Shown: piece after piece, positions 40,501 through 52,639 of the stretch
How the letters are laid out: every line of letters begins with the position of its first letter
Numbering within the stretch: position 1 is the first letter of the stretch
Assembly: GCA_000320545.1 (NCBI GenBank)
Contig: ADNK01003482.1
Span: 1-64,000, forward strand
Source: Bigelowiella natans CCMP2755
Lineage: Eukaryota; Protista; Cercozoa
Direction: 5' to 3'
DNA: 64,000 nucleotides
The notes under the pieces: model-generated
What the model was told of the DNA's origin: nothing
Seen by the model: the letters and a program-made list of their open reading frames with translations, nothing else
Database searches by the model: none
Made by a program: the position numbers and the translations under genes

Positions 40501-41213
40501 CTTCACCATGTTCTCCGTCACAGAAAGAAAAGAAGGGGGAGGAGGAGGAGGAGGAGGAGGAGGAGGAGGAGGAGGAGAGGTGCTTTGTCGCAACATCGGG
40601 AGAATTGAATACTACACGCGAGGAAGGCAAAAGTGGGGAATCTGTGAGTCCAGATCATGATAATCTAGATAGGAAAATTGAAGACACGAAAGCTGGTTTC
40701 AAGGGCAATAGTATTATGAATGCAGTGTTCAGAACACTTCCAGACCCCAGCGGGAAATATACAAGCTGCATCTATGATCGCAATGCCGTCAATTCTGACG
40801 AAAGTAACGATAAACATTCGCTTGATTCTCTCAAGAAAAGGAAGGACCAGGAGAAAGACCAGGGAAAAGTCCGTCGCGCACTAACAATTCTTACCCATAG
40901 CACCAAAAAAGAACCATCAATCGTTTCTTAAATGAAACCAATGCATATACACACTTTCACATATCCACTAACATTTGTAGAAAATTGGTGAGATGAGTAA
41001 TCAAGATCAATATATCACGATAAAAATGTACGGCAGAGAAAGAAAAGGGCAGGGTCATCATCATCTTGGATACGATGGGGGCTAAGGTATAATCTTAGGA
41101 ACATCTTGACTATATGGATAACAAACATGATATTTGTGAAAAATCCAATTGTTGGGGGAAATACATTTACATAAATTATTTCTCTATTTTCTATGTGCGT
41201 GTGTGTGTGTAGA

Positions 41214-41252
<39 letters not shown>

Positions 41253-41664
41253 AAAGTATGATAAATTGTATATGTTTGTGTGGTGATACCTACCAGTGCG
41301 ACTGCTGCTGTGTCCATAGCTGCATCAGTGGCTTTTGCATTCGCAAGGTGAGCATGATATTTTTTCGCTTTTCTTCACAAACAATCACGTGTTTATGGGT
41401 TGTGGTGGTGGTGGATGATGCAGTACTGATGCTGACGATGTGATTGATTTTTATCAATAAGTGCTAATATTATAAAATCACATGTAAGATGTATTGCATG
41501 CAAGTGGTGCTAAGTAATTTATCTGACCAAATATGGATTTCCTGTTCCTCTGATATTTCTTAAGGGGAAGGCCACAAAGCGGGGGTACTGCGTATGATCA
41601 ACATCATTCAAAAATATGTTCGGAATTGATACTTAATGCTCTATTTGATGAACGGAGACACTAA
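34967..41664 (+). CDS. Large low-complexity multi-exon protein with UBA domain and C-terminal hydrophobic segment (may be two genes)
   Basis: Long Ser-rich ORFs (36634-37431, 38450-39241, 40248-40931). Spliced UBA MRKAELEILQDMG|FAGED|VIIDALMMTHGDIGEAAELL (~39654-40077). Near the end, WIRWGLS|ATAAVSIAASVAFAFAR. Continuity of the 5' exons was not verified. Confidence 0.5.
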
Positions 41665-42399
41665 TTTTTACGGAATTTTCTTTTTGGGTACAGGCAAGCG
41701 ATAGCGTTCTTGGTTTAGGCCTCGATGATACGACGCTCACTTCAGTAAACGTCATTGTCATTTTGTGCATCAAAATCTCCTGCAAAATGTTGCTGCGCAT
41801 CACGCTAGCACGGCTCAAACTTTGCTCACTAGCTCAGGCACTTAACCGGTTCCGAAAATTTAACAGATACTATATACAACGCATTCAAGATGTGGTGTAC
41901 GTGGTGGCTTGCATGGTGGTGCTGGTGCGCAGCGTGTACACTGATCTCCGACTACATGCACTGCCAATGTCGCTGTGGGTGTATGAGTTGCTCAGCATTG
42001 ATGCTATGATGACGCACTGCATAGCTGCGCTTCACCAAACAATTTCGCGAGCCGCCCGCATAATATCCGCACCAGCAAGGCCACATGCATGCGATGAGCG
42101 CCTGACGACGCTAGCTAGGACGTGCACGCATTTGATCAAGCTATTAGGTAGTGTGCCAGAACACATTTCCCCCCGCAAGCCTGACACGTACAAGCGTGGC
42201 TAGATTTGGGGTGATGTACATGTGTACTTGGGATGCATGTAAGGCCGGTGCGATGCGCTACCATCGCACTTATTAGTCGAACGGAAGCTGGCACACATGA
42301 CGTTTAAAAAAAAAAACAGAGAGGATAGAAGAGCAAGTTGGCTATTGGTCATTCAAATAAGTTTATGCACAATGTATAAGCGCCATTAGTCTTCAATAC

Positions 42400-43976
42400 C
42401 TTATAGGTATAAGGCTTGGACCACTCAACGTCATTTTGGCTAAGATGCCACCCCAGAGACTTGAGAACTTCTCAATATTCCGACTCCTACTTCCTCAAAA
42501 ATGCAGGATGCACTTTGGATCCATTCAACCTCTAACAAATAAATTCCAACGAAACTCAAAAACGGAACTGAATATATCGCAAATAATTTTTGTCACCCTC
42601 TCCTGGTGGGAATACGACAAAGAAGTTTCCTCTGGACGGTGGACTGGCCTAATAAATTCACTTTTCTAAAAGGACCGATATTATTACTCGTAATCTTAGA
42701 AGTACCCTTGTGTATCGCCAAAAAACTGCCTTCAAATGCTTTGCACAGTATTCAGTTGCTGTTTTTATTTCAAAGTTACAATCGGAAAGTGAACCTCTTT
42801 TTCACAACGTTACAACAACTCTAACACCTGATTCTAAAGCTCTCAAATCTTCAGCTTTAGATAGATCAAGTTCGAGAAAGCCATGCACATACCTAAGGTT
42901 TTATGTTCAAGATCTACCAGAGCAATTCGCATGGAATTTTGCTTACATTAGCCCAGATGACGAAACACTATCGGTGAGTTTAGCGTCAGAGTTTACAGCA
43001 TCAATGTCCAATTTTGCGAAGAGTTTATCCAATGGTTTCCTTGTAGTTGTCTTGGATACGGTAGTATTGAGTTTGCGATTGTTTTCCTTCTCGTGTGCTA
43101 CAGGTGATACCGGAAACGACGGAAGTGGTCTCGTCAAAATTTCATTTAAAGATTCTGTCTCAGAAATATTACATTTCTGCATTAAGGGAATCTCAGGTGG
43201 GGATTCTGTCGGTGGTGTATTCGGCACTGCAGGTGGTCTAGAAGTTTTCACTTCGTTCGTTGCTCCGTTGAACTCTAATGACTCCTCCCAAATATCATTC
43301 ACGCTATAAAATGACTCTTCTTGTTGTAGCGACTCATCAATGTTTTGCTTTATAGTGCTTAGAGCCCTCTTCTCATCTGAGAAAATAAGGACAATCCTGA
43401 GTGCGATGTGTAAAGATGGAAGGTAAGGGCTACCTGGTGATAAGCAAACAGCTTGCATGATTGGCTTTTCGAATTCTATCTCGAACTTTGAAAGTGCCTT
43501 ATGGGTGAAGGTATTGATTCAGAATCCAACCCAAACCTTCCGTCCCACTTTCCCATTCCCACCCTCTCCCCTTCGTGCACCCCCGCAGTAAAATTACCAA
43601 TTTAAGAATAATATGATCACTATGGCCACTTTTTGTCGTAAGAAGAATTCGTTTCGAACCTTCTCCCACGCATGGAGCTGTCCCAACTGGTTTTCATCTG
43701 CTTGTCTTACTTTCCTATCTCTTTTCCGAAAATGCGGAACCGGAGTTGGTAGCTCTCCTTCAAAAGGATTTTCTATCTTGGGGATACTTAATGAATGCGG
43801 TCGGTCCGGAGAAACCCGAGTGTGTCGAGGGTCGCTCTGCAATACATCCTCCTCCCCATCCTCCTCCTCCATTGTCTTTGTTGGGCTATGAAATGAGAAA
43901 GAACGAAACCTCTTCGCGCTTTTTGGGTTCGATGTAGTTAAAGTAGTGCCGGGATTCGCACCGGTACTGCCAAGTT

Positions 43977-44029
<53 letters not shown>

Positions 44030-44259
44030 ACTGATGCATCTAGGAGAAAATTTGTTCCACCCGAAATGATAAATGTACTTTGGTTCATCTTGAGCGACAT
44101 ATGCGAAATCCAATTGCCACTGATATTTGCCACATGAAAGCACAAGGGCAATGGTTTCAACCGATGAATCGTCAATGAATTTTGTGGGGTATTGCAACGA
44201 CAACATGAATCTGAATTTTTGAAAGAAAATCCAGTCATTTTTTGACACATTTCTCCCAT
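42400..44259 (-). CDS. Hypothetical multi-exon protein
   Basis: Protein-like ORFs 43594-44259 and 42943-43458 with plausible splice sites. No recognisable family; ends approximate. Confidence 0.5.
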
Positions 44260-44453
44260 TATAACATCAAAGCCAAAGCCATCCCTCCCCGAGGTTATTC
44301 GTACTCGATAGAACTCAAAGCCTCACCCCTCAAGAGGATTCACTCGTCCTTGACGAAGCTAGGGGCCTTTGAACAAATAGAAAAATAAAGGTTCTCTTCT
44401 CAAAATTTATTGTCATGAACCAAATTGTTTTCAGCGTGGAAATGTCTTCTTAG

Positions 44454-46109
44454 ATGAGTGCAATGGTGCGCCGTAAGGGCAAAGGACTTGTCCGGATGGC
44501 TGTCGATCACATAGTCGGAAAGCATCACCCTAATAGAGGGGGAAAACACCAACATCATGAAATAATTCTCTTACATGGACTTCTCTCATCTCGGCGAGGG
44601 TGGGGTCGCTTCGGCTCAAGGCTTCTCCAGGCCCTTGAAACACAAGCGCGTAGTAATACAAAGACTCTAGTCTAGGAGCTACCCAACATATATAACCCTT
44701 CACTGCTGATTATGTTGTCTTTTAAATTTTAGGTAAGAGCTCGTCATTCTCGTCAGCTTGTGGAGCTGTTGCTACTACTCACTCCTTTCGCATTCATGCC
44801 CTTGACTGCCGAAATCATGGCGATTCAATTCACACAGATCACCACTCTTTAGAGGTTGGTTACTCAATTGCATCTTTTTGGGAAATCATATTCTTATCTG
44901 AACCGGTTTAAGCTGCTTAGCATTCATGGTTGCTATGGGTTACTTCAGGCGATCTCCGATGATCTTTCACTTTACATGGAGGAAAATGAGATTTCATCAC
45001 CGATTCTGATGGGGCACAGCATGGGAGGGAAGGCTGCATTGCTACACGCTATGCGTCATGGCCACAGTAATGGAAAACGATCCCAGGCTAGATTGAACAA
45101 CAGTGTCCGCTGCGTTGTAGCCCTCGATGCTGCTCCCTGCGCTTATAAGACCAACCATCAGTATGTCTTCGACGCCATGCGAGGCTTAGGTAGCTTCATC
45201 GTTTCTCTAGATTGTAGAGATGTTATTAAAAACACTCAAGATTCATTCAAATCTCATCGTTTACTCTATTCTCCGACATGATTTTCATTAGATTTGAAAA
45301 CCATTTCTCGTCGCATGGATGCCGACCAGCAATTGAAGGAAACGATTGTTCATTCTGGAGAGAGGGCATTCATTTTGTCAAATTTAGTGATTGACGCACA
45401 AAGCAAATCTGGTGAGGGAAAGGGAAGATGTAAGAGGGGGAGGGGGGGGGGGGAGGAGGTAAAAAATGAAAGGGAGAATTATGGAATCTACTTCGTTTCC
45501 GATTTTATTATGTCGTTTTTGGATGTCCGGTCATAGTAAGAAGCGTTATCTTCCATTAGGCAAGTGGACACCAAATCTTGAGGTTCTTTCACGCGATGAG
45601 AAGTATGTACATGACTGGCCGGAAGAAGTTCCACAGCGACAGTTTACAGGACCCGCCCTCTTCGTTGGAGGAAATCTAAGCACTAGACTGACGACTCCAA
45701 GGTGCAGTTATTTTCGACCCTAGCTTGCGCGTGCATAATGTGTTGCAAATACCCTTAAATAATATAATTCTGATAATTCCGTCATCATCATCGTAACATC
45801 ATTATCATCTTCTTCAGTCACCTTGACGCAGTGTCCCATAAGTTTCCCCGGGGCGTAGTCGTAATGGTGCCAGCCGGCCATTTCGTGCATCACGCTGCGG
45901 CAATGGATACAGTGGAGCACATTGCTGATTTTCTCTCCGTTGAGTTGAAGCTTCCTGGCGCCATCGACCCTCAAGATTCGCCTAAAACATTTAAGAAAAT
46001 AGCAACAGGGGCAACTATTAGAGCGTTATGCTTAGAGGAATCGGATGAAGTTCAAGGAGGAATCATGACTACTGAAGCAGATGAAGGACGTCGCCATCAC
46101 CTCGTATAG
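44454..46109 (+). CDS. ABHD11: ABHD11/YbfF-like alpha/beta hydrolase
   Basis: LLHGLLSS, DCRNHGDS, GHSMGGK, LDAAP, RAFILSNL, FTGPALFVGG, AGHFVH. Confidence 0.88.
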
Positions 46110-46739
46110 ATAGTGACTGTGACATGTACATTTTGTTCCCTTAATCTACAATCCATACATCATTTGTAGTAGTGGTAGTAGTGGTACTCAATATTGCTTT
46201 GTCGAAGAGTACACATTTCCCTGTTTCTATGCTATGAAGATTGTAAGTGCATGTTATTACTAATTTGTGCCCATATTTCATTTTCTACCTACAGTCAATA
46301 GTTTGAAATTACGGAAGTACATAGATTACGATGCGAATCATATGCGCAAACAAATTTGGACAACCCTCACAGTTGCGCAATTGAATTTGTACATTTATCG
46401 GTTCTTACATCACGTCCACTAATTTTTGTAGTAGATCATGCCTTGCATCTCGAACAATGTCTTTTCTAATTCATTTTCACAATGCATTTTTCATCGACAA
46501 AATTCATGATGTGTCTAGACGTGCTGTTCTAGTGTTGAGGGAAACGCGCATGCGGCGGGATGCATGCATGATCATTCAGAGTGCTTGCACGTTCGTGCAG
46601 CGCGTGTATACGACACGTGTCGTCACACACTGCACGCTTGATGTCACAGAATTGCACACCAGCATCCGGTCCCATCTTTATTTGTGCGGACGCGCGCACA
46701 GCAGCAGTGTGTGGCGCACACACATCGAGACACAGATGC

Positions 46740-47700
46740 AACGTTGACGCGCTCATGTACTCACGATGACATGTCTGGATGTGCGTGAAGCTCTGGAGCT
46801 TTTTGGCGAGTTGACACGTCGCCTGCAGCCTGCAGTCTAGTAGTCTAGCAGTGGCCATGTCGTGCTGCACGTGTCTATCCCATCCATGCATGCCAGCATG
46901 CTTGTTGCTTTGCTGGTGTGGGCACAACTAGACAATGCTACAGAACACTGGAATGGCACACAAGCATGTGTGATGTCACGTGTCCATGATGAGCACTGGA
47001 GCATTCTTTGCCACCACAACACTTCGTGTGCACTTCGTGAAATCAAATCCGCTAGTCCGTCATGGCATCATTGTCATCGCCCATGGTGACCGTCGAAGTG
47101 TCAAAAGTGAGTTCGTGGCTTCACTCACTCAACTAGTCAAGCACATCCGATCCAGACGCGTTCAGCTAGACGTGTGCCCTGATGCCTGCTGGCTGTTCAG
47201 TTGGCGACCATGTTGATGATCAATTGCCCCACAACTTCATCCTTCATTTGTGTGATGCAAAAACGATCACCGTGGCTCGAACATGCAATGGACCAACTTT
47301 TTGTGAATCACAACGTCCAATTGGAACACTTTCTGCGTTGTCAGCGAACTCGTTTCACTGGGTTCTCTGCACACGCTGCACCGCCAGCTGCATCAATGCG
47401 CCAAGAACACTCAGTGGATCTGTTCAACATCCGTTTCAGTCCTCCAGTTGTCATCCGCCCTGATTGTTCTTGGAGGCGCACGTTGGAAATTGCTGGCCGA
47501 AATCACTTTTCGGAACTTGAGTGGGACGTGGAGTTTGCGTGCCAGGATGCTGCCGGCGAGGCAGGTTCTCCTTGCTGCAGCTAAATTTCCAACTCACAAC
47601 AGAACGCGTGGGAAGTGGTTTTCATGAGGGTGGTGTCTTTTCTGATGATGGATTGTGATCGCTTGCTCCCAATCAATCTTGTCAGTCCCTGCCCTGTGGC
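46740..47700. other. TpA-depleted zone (CTAG spared), possible mutated gene or TE relic
   Basis: 46961-47580 contains only 3 TA by hand count, all in CTAG. Overlapping Cys/His-rich, Tyr-poor ORFs. Confidence 0.85.
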
Positions 47701-47749
47701 CTAGGTTAGTCTTTTAGAGTGCCGAAATTTTATTTTGTTGTTGTTTGAA

Positions 47750-47782
<33 letters not shown>

Positions 47783-47904
47783 AGGTATAATTACCTAAAA
47801 AAAGGTCGCTAGAAAGACTGATAGATACACAGGTATTTATCTATGCTAGAAACCCACAGTCCAAGCGCTACATCTACATCCATCTGGAGTCATCATTGTC
47901 CAAG

Positions 47905-48852
47905 ATGGACGGGGATCAGAAGACGAAGAACAAGAAAACCATTATCCCAGATATCACGTTCGTTGCCAACAGTGCAAACATCCAAAAGTATGTTCCTGCG
48001 TTCCTTGAACAAGGTGCCACTACGGAGTCCGCTGTCAACGTTCTAGAGAAGGGCAAGGCAAAATGGGATGTGTTTTGTCAAAAGCTCGGATTGAAGCCTG
48101 GCCATGCTGCAAGATTAAGGCGAGCGTTATTGACGGTGATGGAAGCAGTTAAAAAGGAGAAGGAAAGGATCGAGGCAGCTAAGGCTCCCATCGGTTATGG
48201 CATTCTAGCGTCGGTGGGTTACTTCGGAAAATCTTTCGGATCCTGTGGCACCGCCTTGAAGATTGCATCTAAAAAGAAGTCAATCGAACTCGTTTTCCAT
48301 CCTGGCTATAGGCCTGTCAGTGGAGCTTTTCGCATCAATAATCTTTCAGGTAATATTGCACTCTTTTCTGATATGAAAAATGAGACTAAGTCCTGCTTAT
48401 GTACGATACAGGGCATACCCATAACAGATCGATGGGTTTTGTTCCTGCACCAGACTGCTACCACGTCTTCGATATTAAGATAAATAAATCAGGTCGTTGA
48501 GTGCTACGATAAATTTGCTCTTCGATGTGTGTTAATAGTTGATACCCGATTCTATCGCTAAGGAGAGAACGAGGTGAAGATCTGCGACGAGAAAAGCAAA
48601 CGGACGTTTGTCCATAAGTTTAAATGCCAAGTGAGTGGCATCAATTTCCTGCCTTATCATCTTTCTTCCATCGTCATCATGATGTATGATCATCATGGTG
48701 ATGTTCGCTATCTTATGTGTGACGACTTCATTCATATCTTGCACAAGCGAGTATTCCAACCTTTCTCCGCGACAGCCATATCTTTGGAAACATCCACCAT
48801 GTTCTGTGCTATTACTTTTGCATCTGAGCATAGAGTGATGCATAAAACAAAT

Positions 48853-48889
<37 letters not shown>

Positions 48890-49087
48890 CAGGATCTGTA
48901 TGACCCGACCAAACCTCCAGTTGTAAGCTGGGGCCATGAGTTCAACGACGGTAAACCTCTGGAGCTCGGAAAGGAAAGCATGAAATCAAAGTATGGTTTA
49001 CACAAGATAAAACTATCAAAAATTGATAAGATTCAAAAGAAGGAAAAGATCGAGGCAGCTGAGGCTCCCATCGGTTCAGCTACATGA
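47905..49087 (+). CDS. Hypothetical protein with N-terminal SAM-like motif
   Basis: KYVPAFLEQG...FCQKLGLKPGHAARLRRAL resembles a SAM domain end. Spliced ORFs; internal peptide repeat IEAA(K/E)APIG. Confidence 0.6.
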
Positions 49088-49742
49088 AACCAGCCTAGCA
49101 GTGCATGTCGTTAATTTTTAGACACATTGTGAATGTTGATCCTTGGAAATTGTTCTTTGTGACATCACACTAGATGAAATGCATGATGCACATGTCTAGA
49201 TGTTACAACACACGTACATGACCATGCTAGTATGTCTATATGTGCATGTACATGTGATGTGCACCAACACACACTAGCACACACACCTGTCTAGCTGTTT
49301 AGCTGTTGGGCTCGTCGCGTCCAATCATGAAAGATATCTATGCTCGGGTCACTTGTCCAGAATCTAGACAAATGCTAGAATGTTGTTGCTGACACCAGGC
49401 TCTAGAGGCTGCCATGCTAGTATGGCTACGCGTGCGCACAAAAGTGCGCATGTACATGTGCGTGCTAGTGTGTCTAGATGTGGCCATCACAAAGTCTGCT
49501 CCACACATCACTGCTGCTGTTGCTGAGTGCGTTGTTAAATTAGCTGGCATTTCTGACACCAAAAAGTCACGTTGCTACAGCATGTGTTTGAGATTTCACG
49601 ACTACGGATAGAACTGCTGTGCAGCGCTAGCAGCTAGCATGCATTGTCACATGGAACGCGGATGCAATGCTGGAACAGGCTGCATGGAATCGAATTACGT
49701 TCATTAATTTTGCAAAACATTATGGCAACGACCGATAGGGAA

Positions 49743-52316
49743 CTACGATACCAATATTTGCATTAGAATTGGTAATGTGTTACCTACATAATCTCTTTCG
49801 CATGGTTTTGAAGCTTCACCTCGTCCCCTTTAGTTTTCTTGCTCTTGTGTTCTATATGTGTGCGAAGTCTATTATCCAGAAGACGGACGAATAAGTCATA
49901 AGGTTAAAATGATTTGAACATTGCAAACATCAAAAACATCACACCTTCGCAGAGATGACTTTATTTCGGCTGCATCCTTTCTTAGTATCTACAGACAAAT
50001 ATAATTTTCTCTTATACTATGAAGGAGGAAATAACGCATGTTGGGGACAGATGTCGTCATCCACATTTCAGTTAGCTTGAATTTTTCAATGTTGATTCGA
50101 AAACCTCTTGTTTGGTTTCACTATAAGTTTGCCTTTTTATTTGCTCGAATAAACCCTTGACGTCTAACTTTGCCTAATGGAAAATATGAGGAAGATTGAG
50201 GGATATAAAAGCTTACATGGATTCTTCACTTAGAACATATATAAGCAGAGGAAAATATATTGGAAACAATATATTGCCTTAGCCGAAATGGTAATGGTGT
50301 CTTGAATTGTAGCGTTATGAGAAAGCATGCTAAACTTTGATTTAAAGAAGTTAAGTGCCTGTAAATAATTTAATTGAAGGTACCCATCTCATAGAACTAA
50401 TCTAATCTTTACCTCTATCATGCTTGAATTATTGCCTTTGTAGTCTTGAAAATAATCTTGTAGATCCTTGCGTGCAATCTAATTCATGTTGTATAAATTT
50501 TTGTTCATTTGTTTCTGAGATGCACGTTAGAACTTCGTACTTCGTACCTCTTTTTCGAAGAGATCCTTCTTGTTTAAGATCAAATAAATAGGAATTCTTT
50601 CAAATTAAAAGTTAGACCAACATGATTAGAGAAAGAGTGTTATACGTGAGATTCTACAAACTAAAGTGCGCATAAGAATACCCTTCGAAAGCCTTTTCTT
50701 TGCAGATTTGTCTATCATAGTAAATTCTATTAGTATCATGAAGTTAAAAGACAGGTAAGTGTTGGAGTCACATACTCAAATAATCCTAAGCTTTCCGTCA
50801 TCCTGTTCGCGTTTTGATCCTCAAATAGTCTTTTTTAATTTTAGCAAATTCAGCAAGCTTAACGAAGTTCCATTGTATTATAGAACTAAACCTTTTATTG
50901 TAGCCAGCAAGGTTCGAAACGAATAGCACTAATTTTATTGAATGAAGATGCTTATAGTGGTTGATGGAAAAATAATCGTCAATAACCTGCGGACACATCA
51001 CTGAAAAGATTTAACCATTTCTTTCTCTCGCTTCGTTGTCCTCCTACATCCACCACCTAATATGCGGAGGTTATCATAAAATTTATACCACTACGTAATT
51101 CTGCTAACCTGATAGTTGACTGTGTCAGGGTCTCCCAACACTTTTTGCTCGAAGGTCGTCTTGACTATTCCTGTGGTTCTTACTCGAGCAGTCACAACGT
51201 CTTCCTCTGTCGGTTGATAGTCAGGAGCTGCAATGCGCTCCATGTTCTTAAAATTAAAATCATTATGACTAAATAGCTTTTGTATTTATTTCGTGCAAAT
51301 GCAAACCTTCATCAGGAAGTCAAAGGATTCGAGTAGCCAAAATTCACTCCGCCTTTTTAAGGTTTCTTGTATAGCTTTGCACTCGAGAAGTTGTTGCAGA
51401 TGCTTTGCTGATAATTAGAAACATGGACGAAAAGGTGAAATGATTGGCCATGTACAATAAGGTTTACAGATGAACCGATATTTGGAGTAAAAAATTCATC
51501 TATTTCGTCTTCATCACTTATGTCTTCCTTTTTCCTGTGCAAAATAAGAAGATTTAAAAATTGCACCTTAACACTTCCACGTTTGTGTGTACTTTTTGAG
51601 CATTTCAACTGTATCCTTATGCTTTGAGTCAATGATGTTTTCGAATTCCTCTGCCTTGTCAACAATATTCTATTGCACATCGAAAAATCATTTTCGTATA
51701 ATACTATTATATGATGTATGATGTACCTGCATACATTCCAGTATGTTTGTCTTTAGACCTATTCTGGCCCTCGAAAGTTCTTCCTCCGAGGGTGTCCTGC
51801 AAAAAATGTTCCAACTGACAACAACTGCAGTCCGACTCTCGATAACGAGTGCATGGAATAAACTGTGTACGGAAATGTTGCTTCTCACCAACGATTTATT
51901 AATTTTATCTGCTTGAGAATGGTAGACTTTCCGCTTTCCCCTGCTCCAAGAAGCAGCAGCTTGAATGTGTACATTCTTTCTAGTTGTTGCTCATACAGCT
52001 GAATCCCTATGCGGCATTCGATCTGACATTTACAGTTTATTTCAAATTGATGATTCCATTCATTTGCTTCGATCCCAAGATGTCAGAGCCTCTCAATTGC
52101 TCTGGTGCATGCATGAGCAAGAATGATGCAATCACACAAACAAAACTTAGCATGTACCTCATCGAACTGACCATCCTTGAAGCTATCACCGCAACAAGCT
52201 TCACACCAGCAGGGAATCGAGCATGCACAACAGGCATCTGCCTTGGACACCTCATGGTTAACGTTCATTTCGCGGGATGGTTTGCCGCAAACGCACGTGC
52301 AAAAAAAGGCGCCCAT
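49743..52316 (-). CDS. Heterotrimeric G-protein alpha subunit, many exons
   Basis: FKLLLLGAGESGKSTILKQ (G1), RVRTTGI (G2), DVGGQRSERKKW (G3), ILNKKDLF (G4), VLFED..NRMTESL. Candidate start MGAFFCTCVC near 52316; 5' exon joins unresolved. Confidence 0.88.
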
Positions 52317-52639
52317 CACAGTCGTGACTATTTTCCACAAATGCACGCACGCCTCAATTTTGTTCTGCTCAAATTTGTGTTTTCTCTCTTTTCTTTCGGT
52401 ATTTTACCAGAATTTATCGCGTGTTTGTGCAGTGTTCGCTTGACGCAGAGGAAAATCCGGCTGCGTTCGCAATGAATCTCTCATTGAGAGCGTACCCACG
52501 ACGCTTTGCTTCTGAAAAATCAATTTTTGAACTTTCCGTCGGGTTGATCCTCTCTCCTGCTGGTCTAGTTGTGTGTGGAACCGCTTCCCATTCATTGAGG
52601 AGGTCACGGATGAGTCAGCGTCCTGATGTCCTTTCAAGC

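Noticed and set aside
12807-52316. GPCR and G-alpha as a functional gene cluster
   Set aside because: They are over 30 kb apart with many unrelated genes between, and both families are commonly multi-copy.
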